Shown here piece by piece: positions 1-12,249 of a stretch of 46,685 nucleotides of DNA. Every line of letters begins with the position of its first letter. The stretch's first letter is position 1. The stretch comes from Chiloscyllium plagiosum (taxonomy: Eukaryota), in the NCBI RefSeq assembly GCF_004010195.1, contig NC_057719.1, positions 58,787,869-58,834,553 of the forward strand. Reading direction: 5' to 3'. The notes under the pieces were generated by a model. It ran no database searches, was not told where the DNA came from, and saw only the letters and a list, made by a program, of their open reading frames with translations. A program made the translations under genes and the position numbers.

Positions 1-2185
1 ATCCATATGTCCTTTAAATGTTGCAATTGTACCAGCCTCCACCACTTCCTCTGGCAGCTCATTCCATACACACATCATCTTCTATGTGAAAAAATTGTCC
101 CCCAGTCCCTTTTAAATCTTTTTCCCCTCTCACCTTAAACCTATGCGCTCGAGTTTTGGACTGCTCCAGCTCAAGGAAAATATTTGTCTATTTACCCTAT
201 CCATGCACCTCATGATTTTATAAACTCTATAAGGTCACCCCTCAGCCTCCAACACACCAGGGAAAATAGCCCCAGCGTAATCAGCCTCTCCCTATAGCAC
301 AAACCCAGCAACATACTTGTACATCTTTTCTGAACCCTTTCAAGTTTCACAGCATTCTTCCTGTAGCATGGGAGACTAGAATTACACATAATGTTCCAAA
401 AGTGGCCTAACCAATGTACTATACAGCCGCAAAATGACCTCTCAAATCCTATGCTCAATGCACTGACCAATAAAGGAAAGCATACCAAACGTGTTCTTCT
501 ATCCTATCTACCTGACACTCCAAGGTCTCTTTGTTCAGCAACACCTCCCCAGAACCTTACCATTAAGTATATAAGTTCTACCCTGATTTGCCTTTCCAAA
601 ATGCAGTACCTCATATTTATCTAAATTAAATTCCATATCCCACTCCAGGGCCCATTGGCCCATCTGATCAAACTCCCATTGTGCTTTGAGGTAACTTTCT
701 TGGCTGTCCATTACATCTCCAATTTTTATGTCATCTGCAAACTTACTAACTATACCTCTTGCGTTCACATCCAAAGCATTTATATAAATGAGGAAAAAAA
801 GTGGATCCAGCACCAATTCTTGCAGCGCACCACTGGTCACAGGTCTCCAGTCTGAAAGGCAATCCTCCACCATGACCCTGTGTTTTCTACCTTGGAGCCA
901 GTTCTGTATCCAAATGGCTAGTTCTTCCTGTATTCCATGAGATCTAACCTTGCTAACCAGTCTATCATGAGGAACCTTCTCAAAAGCATTACTGAAGTCC
1001 ATATAGATTACATGCATTGCTCTGCCCTCATTAATCTTCTTCATTACTTCTTCATTTAAGTTAGTGAGACACAATTCCCATGCACAAAGCCATGTTGACT
1101 ATCCTTAATCGGTCCTTGCCTTTCCAAATACATGTAAATCCTGACCCTCAGGATTCCCTCCAACAACCTGCCCATCACTGATGCCAGGCTCACCGGTCTA
1201 TAATTCTCTGGCGTTTCCTTACCACCTTTTGTAAATAGTGGCACAAGTTAGCCAACTTCTAGTCTTCCGGCATCTCACCTGTGATTATCAATGATACAAA
1301 TTTCTGAGCAAGGGGCCCAGCAATCTCTTCCCTAGCTTCCCACAGAGTTCTAGGGTACACTTGATCAGGTCCCAGGGATTTATCCACTGTTATGCATTTT
1401 AAGACATCAAACACCTCCTCCTCTGTAATATGGAAATATTTCAAAATGTCGTTATTTATTTCCCTACATTCTATATCTTCTATATCATTCTCCACAGTAA
1501 ACACTAATGCAAAATGTTCTTTTTGCATCTCCCCATCTCCTGCAGTTCCACACATAGATAGCCTTGTTGATCTCTTCCCTAGTTACCCTAATGTATTTGT
1601 AAAATCACTTTGGATTTTCCTTAAATCTAATTGCCAAAGCTCTCTCATGTCCCCTTTTTGCCATCCTGATTTTCCTCTTAAGTAAACTCCTACTGTCTTT
1701 AAACTCTTCGAAGAATTCACTTGATCTCTGCTGTCTGTACCTGACATATGCTTCCTTCTTTTTCTTGACCAAAACCTCAATTGTTTTTAGTCATCCAGCA
1801 TTCCATACACTTACCAGCCTTTCCTTTCACCCTAACAGGAATATACTGTCTCTGGACTATTGTTATCACATTTTTGAAGGCTTCCTATTTTTCAGCTGTC
1901 CCTTTACCTGCAAACATCTGACTCCAATCACCTTTTGAAAGTTCTTGCCTAATACTGTCAAAATTGGCCTTCCTTCAAATTAGAACTTTAACTTTTACAT
2001 CTGGTCTACCCTTTTCCATTACTATTTTAAAACATAGAATTATGGTCACTGGCTCCAAAGTGTTCCTTTACTGGCACCTCTGTCACCTGCCTTGCCTTAC
2101 TTCCCAAGTGTACATCAAGTTTTGCACCTTGTCTAGTAGGTACATCCACATACTGAATCAGAAAATGTAATTGCAAACACTTAAT
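1..2185 (-). mobile_element. CR1-clade LINE, degraded ORF2 (tether + RT + C-terminus)
   Basis: Broken minus-strand ORFs 210-1780 carry CR1 RT motifs: PLFTKGGKETPENYRPVSLASV, VIYMDFSNAFEKVPHDRL, IYINALD...SKFADDIKI, KLERVQKR, RLRGDLIE. Confidence 0.93.
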
Positions 2186-2269
2186 ATTGTGTCAGGCTCA
2201 AGGATGTTCTAACAGATGCAGGACACTATTATGGAGGAGGAAGAACAGCCAGAGGTTATGGTCCACATC

Positions 2270-2418
2270 GTCTAGACTGTGGTGCTGGAAAAGCACAGCA
2301 GGTCAAGCAGCATCCGAGGAATGGGGAATCAATGTTTTGGGCATAAGCCCTTCATCAGACCTTTTCCAGCACCACACTCTAGACTCTGATCTCCAGCATC
2401 AGCAGTCCTGACTTTCTT
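2270..2418. mobile_element. Penelope-like pLTR-derived short element, family 1 (inverted arm with decayed hammerhead + direct arm + tail)
   Basis: Homologous to copies at 6544, 21530 and 33085. Minus strand reads CTGATGAAGGGCTTATGCCCAAAACATTG (GAAA decayed). Splits the host CR1 ORF1 at the V-H-I-G-T codons. Confidence 0.8.
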
Positions 2419-2942
2419 CACACTGGTACCATTGTGATAGGTGGTACGAAGGGATAAGAGTTTGAAGCAGAGTTTAGGGAGCTAGGATAGAGCTTGAAAA
2501 GTAAAACTTCTAAGGCAGTAATCTCAAGATTACTCCCAGTACCTCATACCAGTGAATATAGAAATCATAAATTGAACAGATGTACACATGGTGACAGAAA
2601 TGGTCCAGAAAGGAAGGCTTTAAATTTCTGGTGTAGTGAAATTAGTTCAGGGAAGGTAAGACTTGAAAAAGGCAGGATTGGGACTAACATACTAAGAGTG
2701 ATTTCCAAGTGCTGTTGGTAGGATTTAAACTAATATGTTGGTGGATGGGAATCTGAAAGAGAATTCAGATTGGAGAAAAACAAAGCTGACAATGAGAAGC
2801 AGAAAAGTAGTAAATGGAATTGGAAGACAGCAGAAATAAATGCCAACATGAAATTGGGTCAAAAGACAAAGTAATGTTAAAAGGCTGAGCTAGCGGTACT
2901 CTATGTGAATGCACACAACAATCACAAGGTAAATGAACTTTA

Positions 2943-3270
2943 TAGAATAGAACCCTAACAGTGTGGAAACAAACCTTTCGCCCAACAAGTCCACAGTGAT
3001 GCTTTGAAGAGTAACTCACCCAGACCCATTCCCCTACTCCATTATCCTATATTTACCCCTGACAAATGCACCTAACATCTCCAAACACTCTGGGCAATTT
3101 AGCATGGCTAATTCACCTGACATGCACATTTTTGGATTGTGGGAGCAAACCCACACAGGTGCTGGGAGACTTTGCAAACTCCACACAGACAGTCACCCAA
3201 GGCTGGAATTGAACCCAGGTACCTTGGCGCTATGAGGTAGCAATGCCAACCATCGAGCCATCGTGCCATC
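2943..3270 (-). mobile_element. tRNA-derived SINE (HE1/V-SINE-like) with CR1-type tail
   Basis: Minus-strand B box GGTTCAATTCC, central TGTGTGGAGTTTGCA / CATGCTAAATTGCCC block and CR1-like 3' end. Homologous to 14753-15093 and 43971-44290. Confidence 0.85.
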
Positions 3271-3889
3271 CTTAGAGTTGATGGCACAGATTTAAATAAA
3301 CAGTTATGATCTCATTGTCATTATGGAGACATGGCTGCGGGGTGATCAACGTTAGGAACTGAGCGTTCTGGAATATTTGACATATAGGAATGACAGACAA
3401 ACGAGAGGTTAAGTAGAGCTGATAATAAGGGATGAGATCAGTACATTGAGAGTTAATTTTGAACTGGAAGGTCAAGATATAGAATCTGTTAGTGTGAAAC
3501 TAAGAAGTAGCAATGGTAACCAAACAGTATAGGTAATGTAGGACATGACATAAATCAGAACATTAGTGATACATGTAACAAGGTTAATCCAATAACCATA
3601 AGTGACTTAAAATGCATGTAGACTGGGTAAATCTACTAAGCGTCAATGATGTGGAGGATGAATGTATGGAATGTGTATGAATTTTCTTTTGGAGCAATAT
3701 GTTGAGGAACCAATAAGGGAGCAAAATATCTATTATCTATTGTCATACAATGAGAAAGGGTTAATTAATAACCATGTTTTAAAAGAAATTTTAAGCAAAC
3801 ATACTATACTATGATAACTTTTCCATGCAATTTGAAAATGATTTAGTTCTACCTGAAACTAGGGTCTTAAAATCTAAACAAAGGAAGTA

Positions 3890-4438
3890 GGGGTTAGGAG
3901 GGCATGTTGAGGCTGCACAGAACCTCGGTTAGGCCACTTTTGGAATACTGTATGCACACAGTATTCTGGTCTCCCTGCTATAGGAACAATGTTGTGCAAC
4001 TTGAAAGGGTTCAGAAAAGATTGCCAAGAATGTTGCCAGGGTTTGAACTATAGGGAGCAGCTGAATGGGCTAGAGCTATTTTCCCTGGTGTGTCAGAGGC
4101 TGAGGTGACCCCTTGTAGAGGTTTATAAAATCATTAGGGGCATGGATAGAGTAAATATCAAGGTCTTTTACCTGGGATGGAGGAGTCCAAAACTAGAGGG
4201 CATAGGTTTAAAATGAGAGGGGAAAGAATTAAAAGGAACCTAAGAGTCATGCAGAGGGTGGTGCATGTATGGAATGGAGGCTGGTACCATTACAACATTT
4301 AAAAGGCAACTGGATGGGTATATGAATAGCAAGGATTTAGAGGGATATGGGCCAAATGCTGGCAAATTAACTTAGGATATCTGGGTGGCATGGATGTGTT
4401 AGACTGAAGTTTCCATGCTGTACATCTGTATGACTCTA
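3890..4438 (+). mobile_element. CR1 3' fragment nested in older CR1
   Basis: LVRPLLEYC / QLERVQKR-like coding followed by a 3' UTR ending CATGCTGTACATCTGTATGACTCTA. Host CR1 resumes after 4438. Confidence 0.85.
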
Positions 4439-5741
4439 CTTGAGGCAAGTTGGCTGTGGTGGAAGGGGAAACTACATTAGAAGTTATTAAAAGGTATAGC
4501 TATGTAATGACTTTTATTTAATGAAATAGTGTATTATTTAGAATAGTCATACATTCCTTTAAATCACAAAAAAGCATGAAAAGTCCCTGACCATGGCTAA
4601 CAAAGATATCTTAGTATAGGTCAAGGAAGGTGCCTTATGAACTTTTCAAATAAAGTAAAAAGCCTGAGATATGCAACACTTTAGAATGCAAGAAAAGAGG
4701 ACAAAAAATTGATGAATAAAGGTAACATGAATGAAAGCTTGTCAGAAACATGAATATCGGCCTCAAAAGCTTCTATAAGTATTTAAAAAGAGAGTGATTG
4801 CCAATACCAAATATGTGTCAATTTCAGGCAGATAGGAAATATATTAAATATATGAAGAAATATGGAATTTGTAGAGAAGCTAAATAATTGTTTTGTATTA
4901 GATTTCATGAAGGAAAATACAAGAAATTGCAAACAAAAATGGAATTCTAAGAGACTAATTAGAATGAAACATTAAAAGAAATTGGTATTAGTGAGAAAAA
5001 TAATATTGGAGAAATTAATGAGACTGAAAGTTAATAAATCCATGGGATCCAATGATCTGCATTGCAGAGTTTCGAAATTGGTGGCTATTGAGGTAATGAT
5101 GATCATGTTTCAAAATTCCATAGATACTGGAACAGTGCCTATAGATCAGAAGGTTGCTCATATAACCCCCATTTTTTAAGAAAGGAGGGAAGGAGAAAAC
5201 GGGGAACTACAGACCTGTTAGTCTGACGTCAGTAGTCAGGGAAATATTTGAATCAGTTTATAAAGAATGTGATAACTGGGCACTCAGAAAGTAATGATGT
5301 GATTAAGCTGAGATAAAGTGTGTTTGATAAAACTGTTAGAGACTTTTGAGGATGCATAAGCAGAATGGATAAAGGGAAACAAGTAGATGTGTTTTATTTG
5401 GATTTTCAGAAGGCTCTCAATAAGTTGTCACACAGAAGTTAATCAAACAAAATTACAGCACATGAGGTCAAGGTTGAGGTACTGGCATAGATTGTGAATT
5501 GGTTAACAGAAGTTAAGCATGGAACAGGAATACATGCACCATTGCCAGGTTGGCAGACTGTATCCAATGGTTACCACAAAGATCGTTGCTTGGGCCCAGC
5601 TGTTGACAGTCTATATTAATGAATTGGATGTGGGGATCAATTATAATATTTCCAAGTTTGCAAATGATACAGAACCAGATGGGAATATATGTTGTAAGGA
5701 TTAAGCAAAAAGGCTGATAGAGCCACTTGTATAATCCCCAG

Positions 5742-6198
5742 TTTGGAGGGATCATATTATGAGCAAAGTTTAAGCAGGTTGGGCTCTACTCACTAGAATT
5801 TAGAGGAATGAGAGATGATTTAACTGAAACATCTAAAATTCTTAAGTGCTTGACAAAGTAAATGCTGAGAGGATGTTTTCCCTCATGGGAGAGACCAGAA
5901 CCAAATGACATTGTCTCAGAATAAAGGGTGCCAATTTAAGACTGATATGAGGAGGAAATTCTTTTCTTAGAGGGTGGTGAATTTCTGGAACTCCTTGCCA
6001 CAGAGAGCTATGGGGGCAGAGTCCTTGTGTATATTTAAGGCTGAGGTGGATAGATTAGTAGGAGAATCAAGTGTTATGGGGAAAGGACAGGAAATTAGAC
6101 ATGAAGAATATCAGACCAACCGTGATCCTATTGGATTAGAGAGCAGGCTTTCAGGGCCAAATGGCCTCCTGCTGAACATATTTCTTATCGTCTTATGG
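5742..6198 (+). mobile_element. CR1 3' fragment nested in older CR1
   Basis: LYSLEFRGMRDDLTETSKIL and VVNFWNSLPQRA, then 3' UTR GGGCCAAATGGCCT...TCTTATCGTCTTATG. Confidence 0.85.
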
Positions 6199-6543
6199 CT
6201 TTAAAGCAGCTTGGACAGGCTGAGTGAATGGGCAAGAACATGGCAGAGAGAATATAATGCAGATAAATGTGAAGTTGTCCAAGTTGATGGGAGGAATGCA
6301 AATGCGGAGTATTTCTTAAATGGTGTAAAATTGGGAAGTTTCTAAAAGTGTACATTAGCCCCTGAAAGCTCACATGCAGATGCAACAAACAATTGGGAAG
6401 GCAGATGGTTTATTGCAAGGTGATTTGAGTACATGAATAAGTATGTCTTGATTTAATTGTATAAAACATTGGTGGGAGAACAAACCTAGATAATTCTTCA
6501 TCCTGATTATTTTTTCTGATGCACAGAACTCCGAGGTCTGTGT

Positions 6544-6709
6544 TAAAAAGTGTGGTGCTGGAAAAGCACAGCAGGTCAGACAGCATTCCTGATGAAGGGC
6601 TTATGCCCGAAATGTCAATTCTCCTGCTCCTCGGATGCTGCCTGACCTGCTGTGCTTTTCCAGCACCACACTTTTCGATACTGATTTCCAGAGGAGTCCT
6701 CACTTTCTC
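6544..6709 (+). mobile_element. Penelope-like pLTR-derived short element, family 1, with 15-bp TSD
   Basis: Flanked by CTCCGAGGTCTGTGT (6529-6543) and CTCTGAGGTCCGTGT (6710-6724), differing only at two CpG sites. ~43-nt inverted arm, then a direct arm starting at the hammerhead core. Confidence 0.85.
6585..6620 (+). ncRNA. Minimal type I hammerhead ribozyme motif
   Basis: CTGATGA (6589-6595), A, stem II GGGC-TTAT-GCCC, GAAA (6609-6612), TGTC. The stem III C is lost, consistent with CpG decay. Confidence 0.65.
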
Positions 6710-7249
6710 CTCTGAGGTCCGTGTATGGCAGTGGTATCCAAAACTGGAAGTCAATTCTCAGAATGGCATCAGCACATCACTTGGCATGTGGTGAACATTT
6801 GAGTGGCTGCATGACCATGGCCCCACACTGCTTAGAGGGAATGGAGCAGTTGGAATACTGGGTGCAAATTTGGTCATCTTACCTGAGGATAGATACATTT
6901 ACTACAGAGGAAGTGCAGCAAAAGTTCATTGGACTAATTCCTGGGATGGTAGGGCTGTCCTATTAGGAAAGATTTGAGGACACTGAGCCTGTATTCTCTC
7001 AAGGTTAGAAGAATGAGAGGTGATCTCATTAATACTAAAAGGATGTTTCCCTAGCTGGTTGTTTAAAAGCAGGGAACATAGTTGTGGAATAAAGAGCAAG
7101 CTATGTAGGACTGAGATGAGGAGGATTTCTTCACTCAAAGGGGAGTGAATCTTTGGAATTCTCTGAAGGCTTAGTCATTATGTTGAAAATCTTGGCAATT
7201 GTTCCAAGTGAGACAGTTGGCAGTGACAGAGGCTATGGAGGGTTAATAG

Positions 7250-7760
7250 CATGGGGACTGAGCAGTAGGTGAGAATGAATGAGGGAAGATGTTGCAGGCA
7301 ATAGTGAAAGGAGTAGAGCATGAGCCTTGGTGACAGATAAGTGCAGTGGCAGAAGTTGAGAGTGTATGAGGTAGCAAACAGAAGGTGGTTGGTATTTTCC
7401 CTGGTAGAGTGGTGTTGGTCATTGGCCTTCGTTTGGCAATGCTGGCATTTCTCCAGACCATACAGACTGCACTGACTAGATTGATGCTTCTCTGTCAGTC
7501 TTTGGAGAAGAAGACATCCCTCCTCTGCACCACCCTATCCAACAGGACCTTTAGATCCCTCTTTGCAGAGAAGGATGCCAATTTCTTCTTGTCTGCAATG
7601 TCTGGGCAAATATCCCCAATTGTACAGGGCAGCTCCAGATTGTCATTGTTTCGCTCGGTACACAGTGGCCTTTTAAATATAGTGTCATCACTCGAGATCC
7701 AGGGATAGCCTGGCAATGGTAAATACGTCCGCCTGCAGTGAGTGGGTGAATTCAGCAAGC
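7250..7760 (-). mobile_element. PIF/Harbinger Myb/SANT-protein remnant
   Basis: ORF 7495-7758 contains KKKLASFSAKRDLKVLLDRVVQRRDVFF, resembling the N-terminus of Harbinger Myb-like DNA-binding proteins. Recognised from memory only. Confidence 0.45.
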
Positions 7761-8056
7761 ACCAGATGAGAGTGCCATGGTACTGAGTTAGTGAGGCATG
7801 TTTGGGATATAGTGTGAGAAAACTTGTTCAGCCTTTAGAGAGAAATCCTCCAAGAAACCTAATTGAATTGACAAAAAATGATTTCTGTTAAGTTTCAGTC
7901 TAAATGTTCAGTGATCTACTGACTTCATCTGTACTGCTGTGACTGTATATATTACATATATCTTTGGAGAAGTTTATAAAATCCTTGTGAAATACAAGTT
8001 GAGGCTGTGGTATCCTCCATGCTATCTCACAGTGCAATTAATGTGATTGGTATTGA

Positions 8057-8086
8057 CTGCAGATTAGCTTCCAGCAGATGGCACTA
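8057..8086 (+). promoter_or_regulatory. Candidate CTCF site (core + upstream motif)
   Basis: Core CCAGCAGATGGCAC (8071-8084) fits CCASYAGRKGGCRS, with CTGCAG ending 8 bp upstream. Lies in apparently non-repeat sequence. Confidence 0.55.
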
Positions 8087-8403
8087 TGTTAATTCCTCCA
8101 TGATGAAGCAAAATCTGCCGGATAATTGTTCTTTAACTATCATGAAAGGTGTCAAAGTCTGTAAACACAGCTTGCAATAGCACCATGTTCATCAAGTAAG
8201 GTGCAAGGCCAATGAGGGCATTATTAATTTTTGAAATGTAACACAATGATGAAATGATAAAAATACCTTTGGTTGTGAAATCGGTTTTTCCAGGAGACAG
8301 TTTAATGTTTTGAAATTTTGTGCATACAACAAAAAGTGCTGATTTGTTGATGAGGCAGGTTATATATGGACTTAACTGAAGACCAGCCTTCGGCAATCTT
8401 ACT

Positions 8404-9038
8404 TGTTATGGGCCAGACCAAACCTCCTCAAAATATATGAAGAAGATAACCTAGACCCTAACTTTTTTTCTATTTTAAAGATAAGTGTAAAGTATTGTGT
8501 TCCAGATGCAATTTGATACATCAAACTACTCAATGTTAAGCAAAACACTTTATTTTTACACTAGAGTTAAGGTACAGACAAATTAAAAATAAAAGAATTG
8601 GCTTAATTGTAACTCTATCAAAAAGTTCACAAAACAATAGATATATTAACTACAACTAATTAACTATTCCAATATGGTATCATTCCATAAACACACCCTG
8701 GAAAAGGAAAATTCAGAAAAATAGATTGTCTCACATGCAGGAAAAGAACCTCAGTTTTAACTTTAATAGAGAGAGGAATAAAAGCTTCCACATCCAGCCT
8801 CAAGACCCCAGAAACTGCTACCTAAGGCGAAAATGAAAAAAAAATCCTGCTTTTGTGGGAGCTTGACCCCACCCATTCAGGCTGCTTCTATTGTTCTAAC
8901 TTTAAAAAAATCTCGAAGGCCTCACAAGCTGTGTTTTTTTTTTGGTTTTGGAGCCAACTGCTCAATACCTCTGTTGCAACATTCCTTAAAAAAAAAGCCA
9001 GGATCAAATGTACCTCTTAAAGCCAAAGTACCATCACA
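8404..9038 (-). repeat. 3' LTR of Gypsy element
   Basis: Minus strand begins TGTGAT right after a polypurine tract (AAGAGGGGAGG, within 9039-9057) and ends TAACA. Minus-strand AATAAA near 8550. Confidence 0.8.
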
Positions 9039-10080
9039 CCTCCCCTCTTAAAAAAAAGTAGCCATCAATATACAAAGATGGCTTCATTTTTAAAAACCTT
9101 TAATCTTACAGTACGAGTACACTACAATATATTGACTCAATGCATGCAGACATGCACTATTACAGTCTATTTCAATCTGTTTTTTCCCACCACCAAATGC
9201 CTCCGTCTTCATCAAAGTCATGACAATACATCGGCAACTACACTCTCTCATCCTGCGACGTTTCAAATTGAATGGCTGCAAAAATAAACTCTATCTAAAC
9301 ACAATAGAATTTTTATCCATAATTTTTACAAAACACGCTAAGGGGTTATGATCAGTACATACAATTGTCTTAAACACATTACTGGCAATTTAATGTTGAA
9401 ATGTTGCATCGCCAACACCAAACTTAAGGTCTGCTTTTCAATTGTGAACATTTCTGTTGATGATTAGTTAATTTTCTGGAAAAATATCCAATAGGTCTTT
9501 CTATCATCTCATCATCTTCTTGCAAGAGTACAGCACTGATATCCACATCGATAGCCACTTTGAATGGTTTTGTGTAATTAGGTGTGGCTAACGCGGGGGC
9601 ACTGGTCAACACAGCTTTCAGGCTGTCAAATGCCATCTGACATTCCTCTATCTACTGAAATTTTCTAAACTTCCACAACAAGTAAGTCAGTGGATCAACT
9701 ACACTGCTAAAATTTGGCACAAACGTCTGAAAAAAATCACTCAGTCCCAGGGATTCCCCCTTTGTGGATGGTGACATCCCAATAACGTTTTTTGACATCC
9801 CATGGGGCCATCTGTCCGTGCCCATGGCAAGTCTCATGATTTGGGCTTTTGTGAACTCACTCTGAGCCAGGTTTATCACTAAACCCGCCTCCCGAAGTCA
9901 ATCAACAATTCCAACAGATACTCCAAATATTTCTTCCATATGTGACGAAAACAAGTCACTGGATTGTTGATGTCTACCACACAACTGTATAACCCCAAAA
10001 TGACTTTATTGATTAGTCTTTGAAATGTGGCTGGGGCATACATACCAAATGGCATGACTTTTAACTGGTACAGTCCATTC

Positions 10081-10212
10081 ATAGAACACAGAATCCTACA
10101 GTGTGCAAGTAGACCATTCTGCCCATTGAGTCCACATCAACCCTCCAAAGAGCATCCCACCCAGATCTACTCCTTATTCTATACTTGTGACTCTATTTCC
10201 CATGGCTAATCC
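10081..10212 (-). mobile_element. SINE 3' fragment (HE1-like) at the deletion junction of the Gypsy pol
   Basis: ATAGAACACAGAATCCTACAGTGTG...CATGGCTAATCC matches the 3' half of the SINEs at 2943 and 43971. Confidence 0.7.
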
Positions 10213-12249
10213 CTTACTCCCAAATGACCTCCGCTTGGTAACTCATGTGCTACCTGCAACACCTCCTTTTTATACACCACCAGCAGTACAACTTGATGAA
10301 CTTATGCCCATTTTTCATCTGTCTGAATCTGTGATGGGTTCCATTTCCTCATCACGGTGTCATTTTAAGATAGTAACACACTGAGATACATTTAGATTCT
10401 TCTTCTGTGTATGATGCAACTGCTTTAGTTTTTCATTCTTCTGTAGTAATGCAGCTAATTTCTGTGGACTAAAAATATCTACTTTGTCCTCCATCTGTTC
10501 CTGTTTTTCCTCAACCATTTTATCAAGCATAGTCTCTGATAATTGAACTTCAACTTCCTTATCTTTACTCGTTGGATTATCCTCCAGCTTGCACCTGCAG
10601 CTTTGAGATTTTGTTACCACACAGTCAGGAAAAATCCCAGGATATACTTGCTGCAACACCTCAGTTGCCTGATTTTCCACTGGCTTTTCAACCATGGTAA
10701 TCAGCACTCCCACCTCTGATCTAGCTATATCATTACAGAGGATAAACTGTATTTCTGGAACTGAGAATTTCTTTATTACTCCTATCACCACTTCACCACT
10801 TTTCACCAGACTTTCTACCCTCACTTTATATAATGGAATGGTGCTCTTCTCACTATCAATTCCACATATTACCACTTTTTTTGGCATTACTCCTTCTGAA
10901 TTACATGTCTCCTCATCTCTCACCCTCAAAGATTGAATTGCTCCAATATCTCTTAAAATCTTAGTTTCTTTATCTACTCCTCCTGGCGTACATAAGTAAA
11001 CCCTTCCCATGCAAGTAAATTATTTAAAGAAATCTGACACTTTGTTCTCAACTAACCCTGATCAGATTATAGATTTTTTTTGCAGCTTTTAAGCTTCCTC
11101 TGTGCTTTCCTTTACTTCTTCAACAAAACTCACTGGCTTAGCCTGTTTTCCCAGTGATTTTTCTAAACAACCAACACTGTGACTTTACGTGGCCTATTTT
11201 ATTACAGTGAAAACATCAAAGTTTTTTCACTTCTCTTTTTACTTCATGGGTTTCCTTTTTACCCTGTGGTAAACTATCTTTATGATCTTCAATGAAATCT
11301 CCTTTTCCCTTACACCTGAAGATTTCTCTTTTCCTCAATTTCTATCCCTCACGGATTGAAATTGATGTCAAAGGCAAACTTTGATTTATGAACCAATTCA
11401 TTATCATCTGCTATTTCTGCTGCTAATCTTGCAATTTTCACCCTCTACTCATTCTCGTGAGTTCTTATGAGTCAGGAAGCAAATTTTTGACTCCTTCAAA
11501 ATAATTGTCTGTCTAAGAGATCATAAGTTTGATCCATTTTTAATGCGCTTATCCACCTATCAAAATGTATCATATAATAACAACAGTGTGTCTTGAACTG
11601 CCAAGGAAAAGAAACACTTCTTCCAAAATATGTTTTTAAAAAGAAGCTGCCATTCTTACAATTCCATAGAAGTGTCAATCAGACAGAGCTACTCATTGTA
11701 TTAATAACAGACACGTTCCTACACTTCACCCTTTTAAATTTTGTCCAGAAAAATGGAGACATTGAAAGAAAAAGATCAAAAAAAGCAGAACTCAGTATAA
11801 GCTCATAATATGTCATTTAATCAAAACAAACATTCACCTCCTCCTGTCAACACAGATGCCCTACTGAGTTAATCCAGTTGTGAATGTTGGAGCTCAATCA
11901 ACCATTCATAGAAGCCATTTGGGAACTGTATCAGCAGAGGCAGATGGCCAGACATCTGTTTCTCCAAATGAACTCATTATGAATGCTTGGCTGAGCTCCA
12001 AGATTTGTAATTGTTATTAAATGATTCATTGGTTCTGTACATAATGCATATTGGGTGCCTCGATATGGAGACCCAATAAAGAGTGGTCGAGGAGAGTGAG
12101 GAGAATTTGAAAAGGGAGAGGGAAGAATGAATAACTATAGCCCAAGCTAAGATCAATGGTTTGGGGAAGAAAAGGATCCAGTGAAAGAATATCATTAATC
12201 TAGGGCAAACAAGATCTGTTGCTTGTATTTGGTGTCAAAGGTTTGGGAA

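Larger units (their letters stand above)
2187..7170 (+). mobile_element. Old near-full-length CR1 LINE (ORF1 esterase, endonuclease, RT) interrupted by at least 5 younger insertions
   Basis: ORF1 SGNH-esterase-like QPEVMVH..GT / KSKTSKAVISRLLPVP (2245-2560). APE start LYVNA..KVNEL and YDLIVIMETWL (2900-3340). RT motifs KKGGKEKTGNYRPVSLTS, YLDFQKA, YINELD..SKFANDT, LDRLSEWARTWQ, LEYWVQIWS. Collinear across the insertions. Confidence 0.88.
8404..11570 (-). mobile_element. Ty3/Gypsy LTR retrotransposon, Gmr1-like domain order, internally deleted and 5'-truncated
   Basis: Gag CCHC knuckle CFHCNKIGHVKSQC (11174-11215). Protease ILRDIGAIQSL...ILCNDIA (ORF 10360-11010). Integrase N-terminus VLQVAHELPSGGHLGVR (~10212-10265). 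RT VMPFGMYAPATFQRL (9879-10082). RNase H SAPALATPNYTKPFKVAID...PIGYFSRKL (9424-9636). Then PPT and LTR. Confidence 0.9.
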
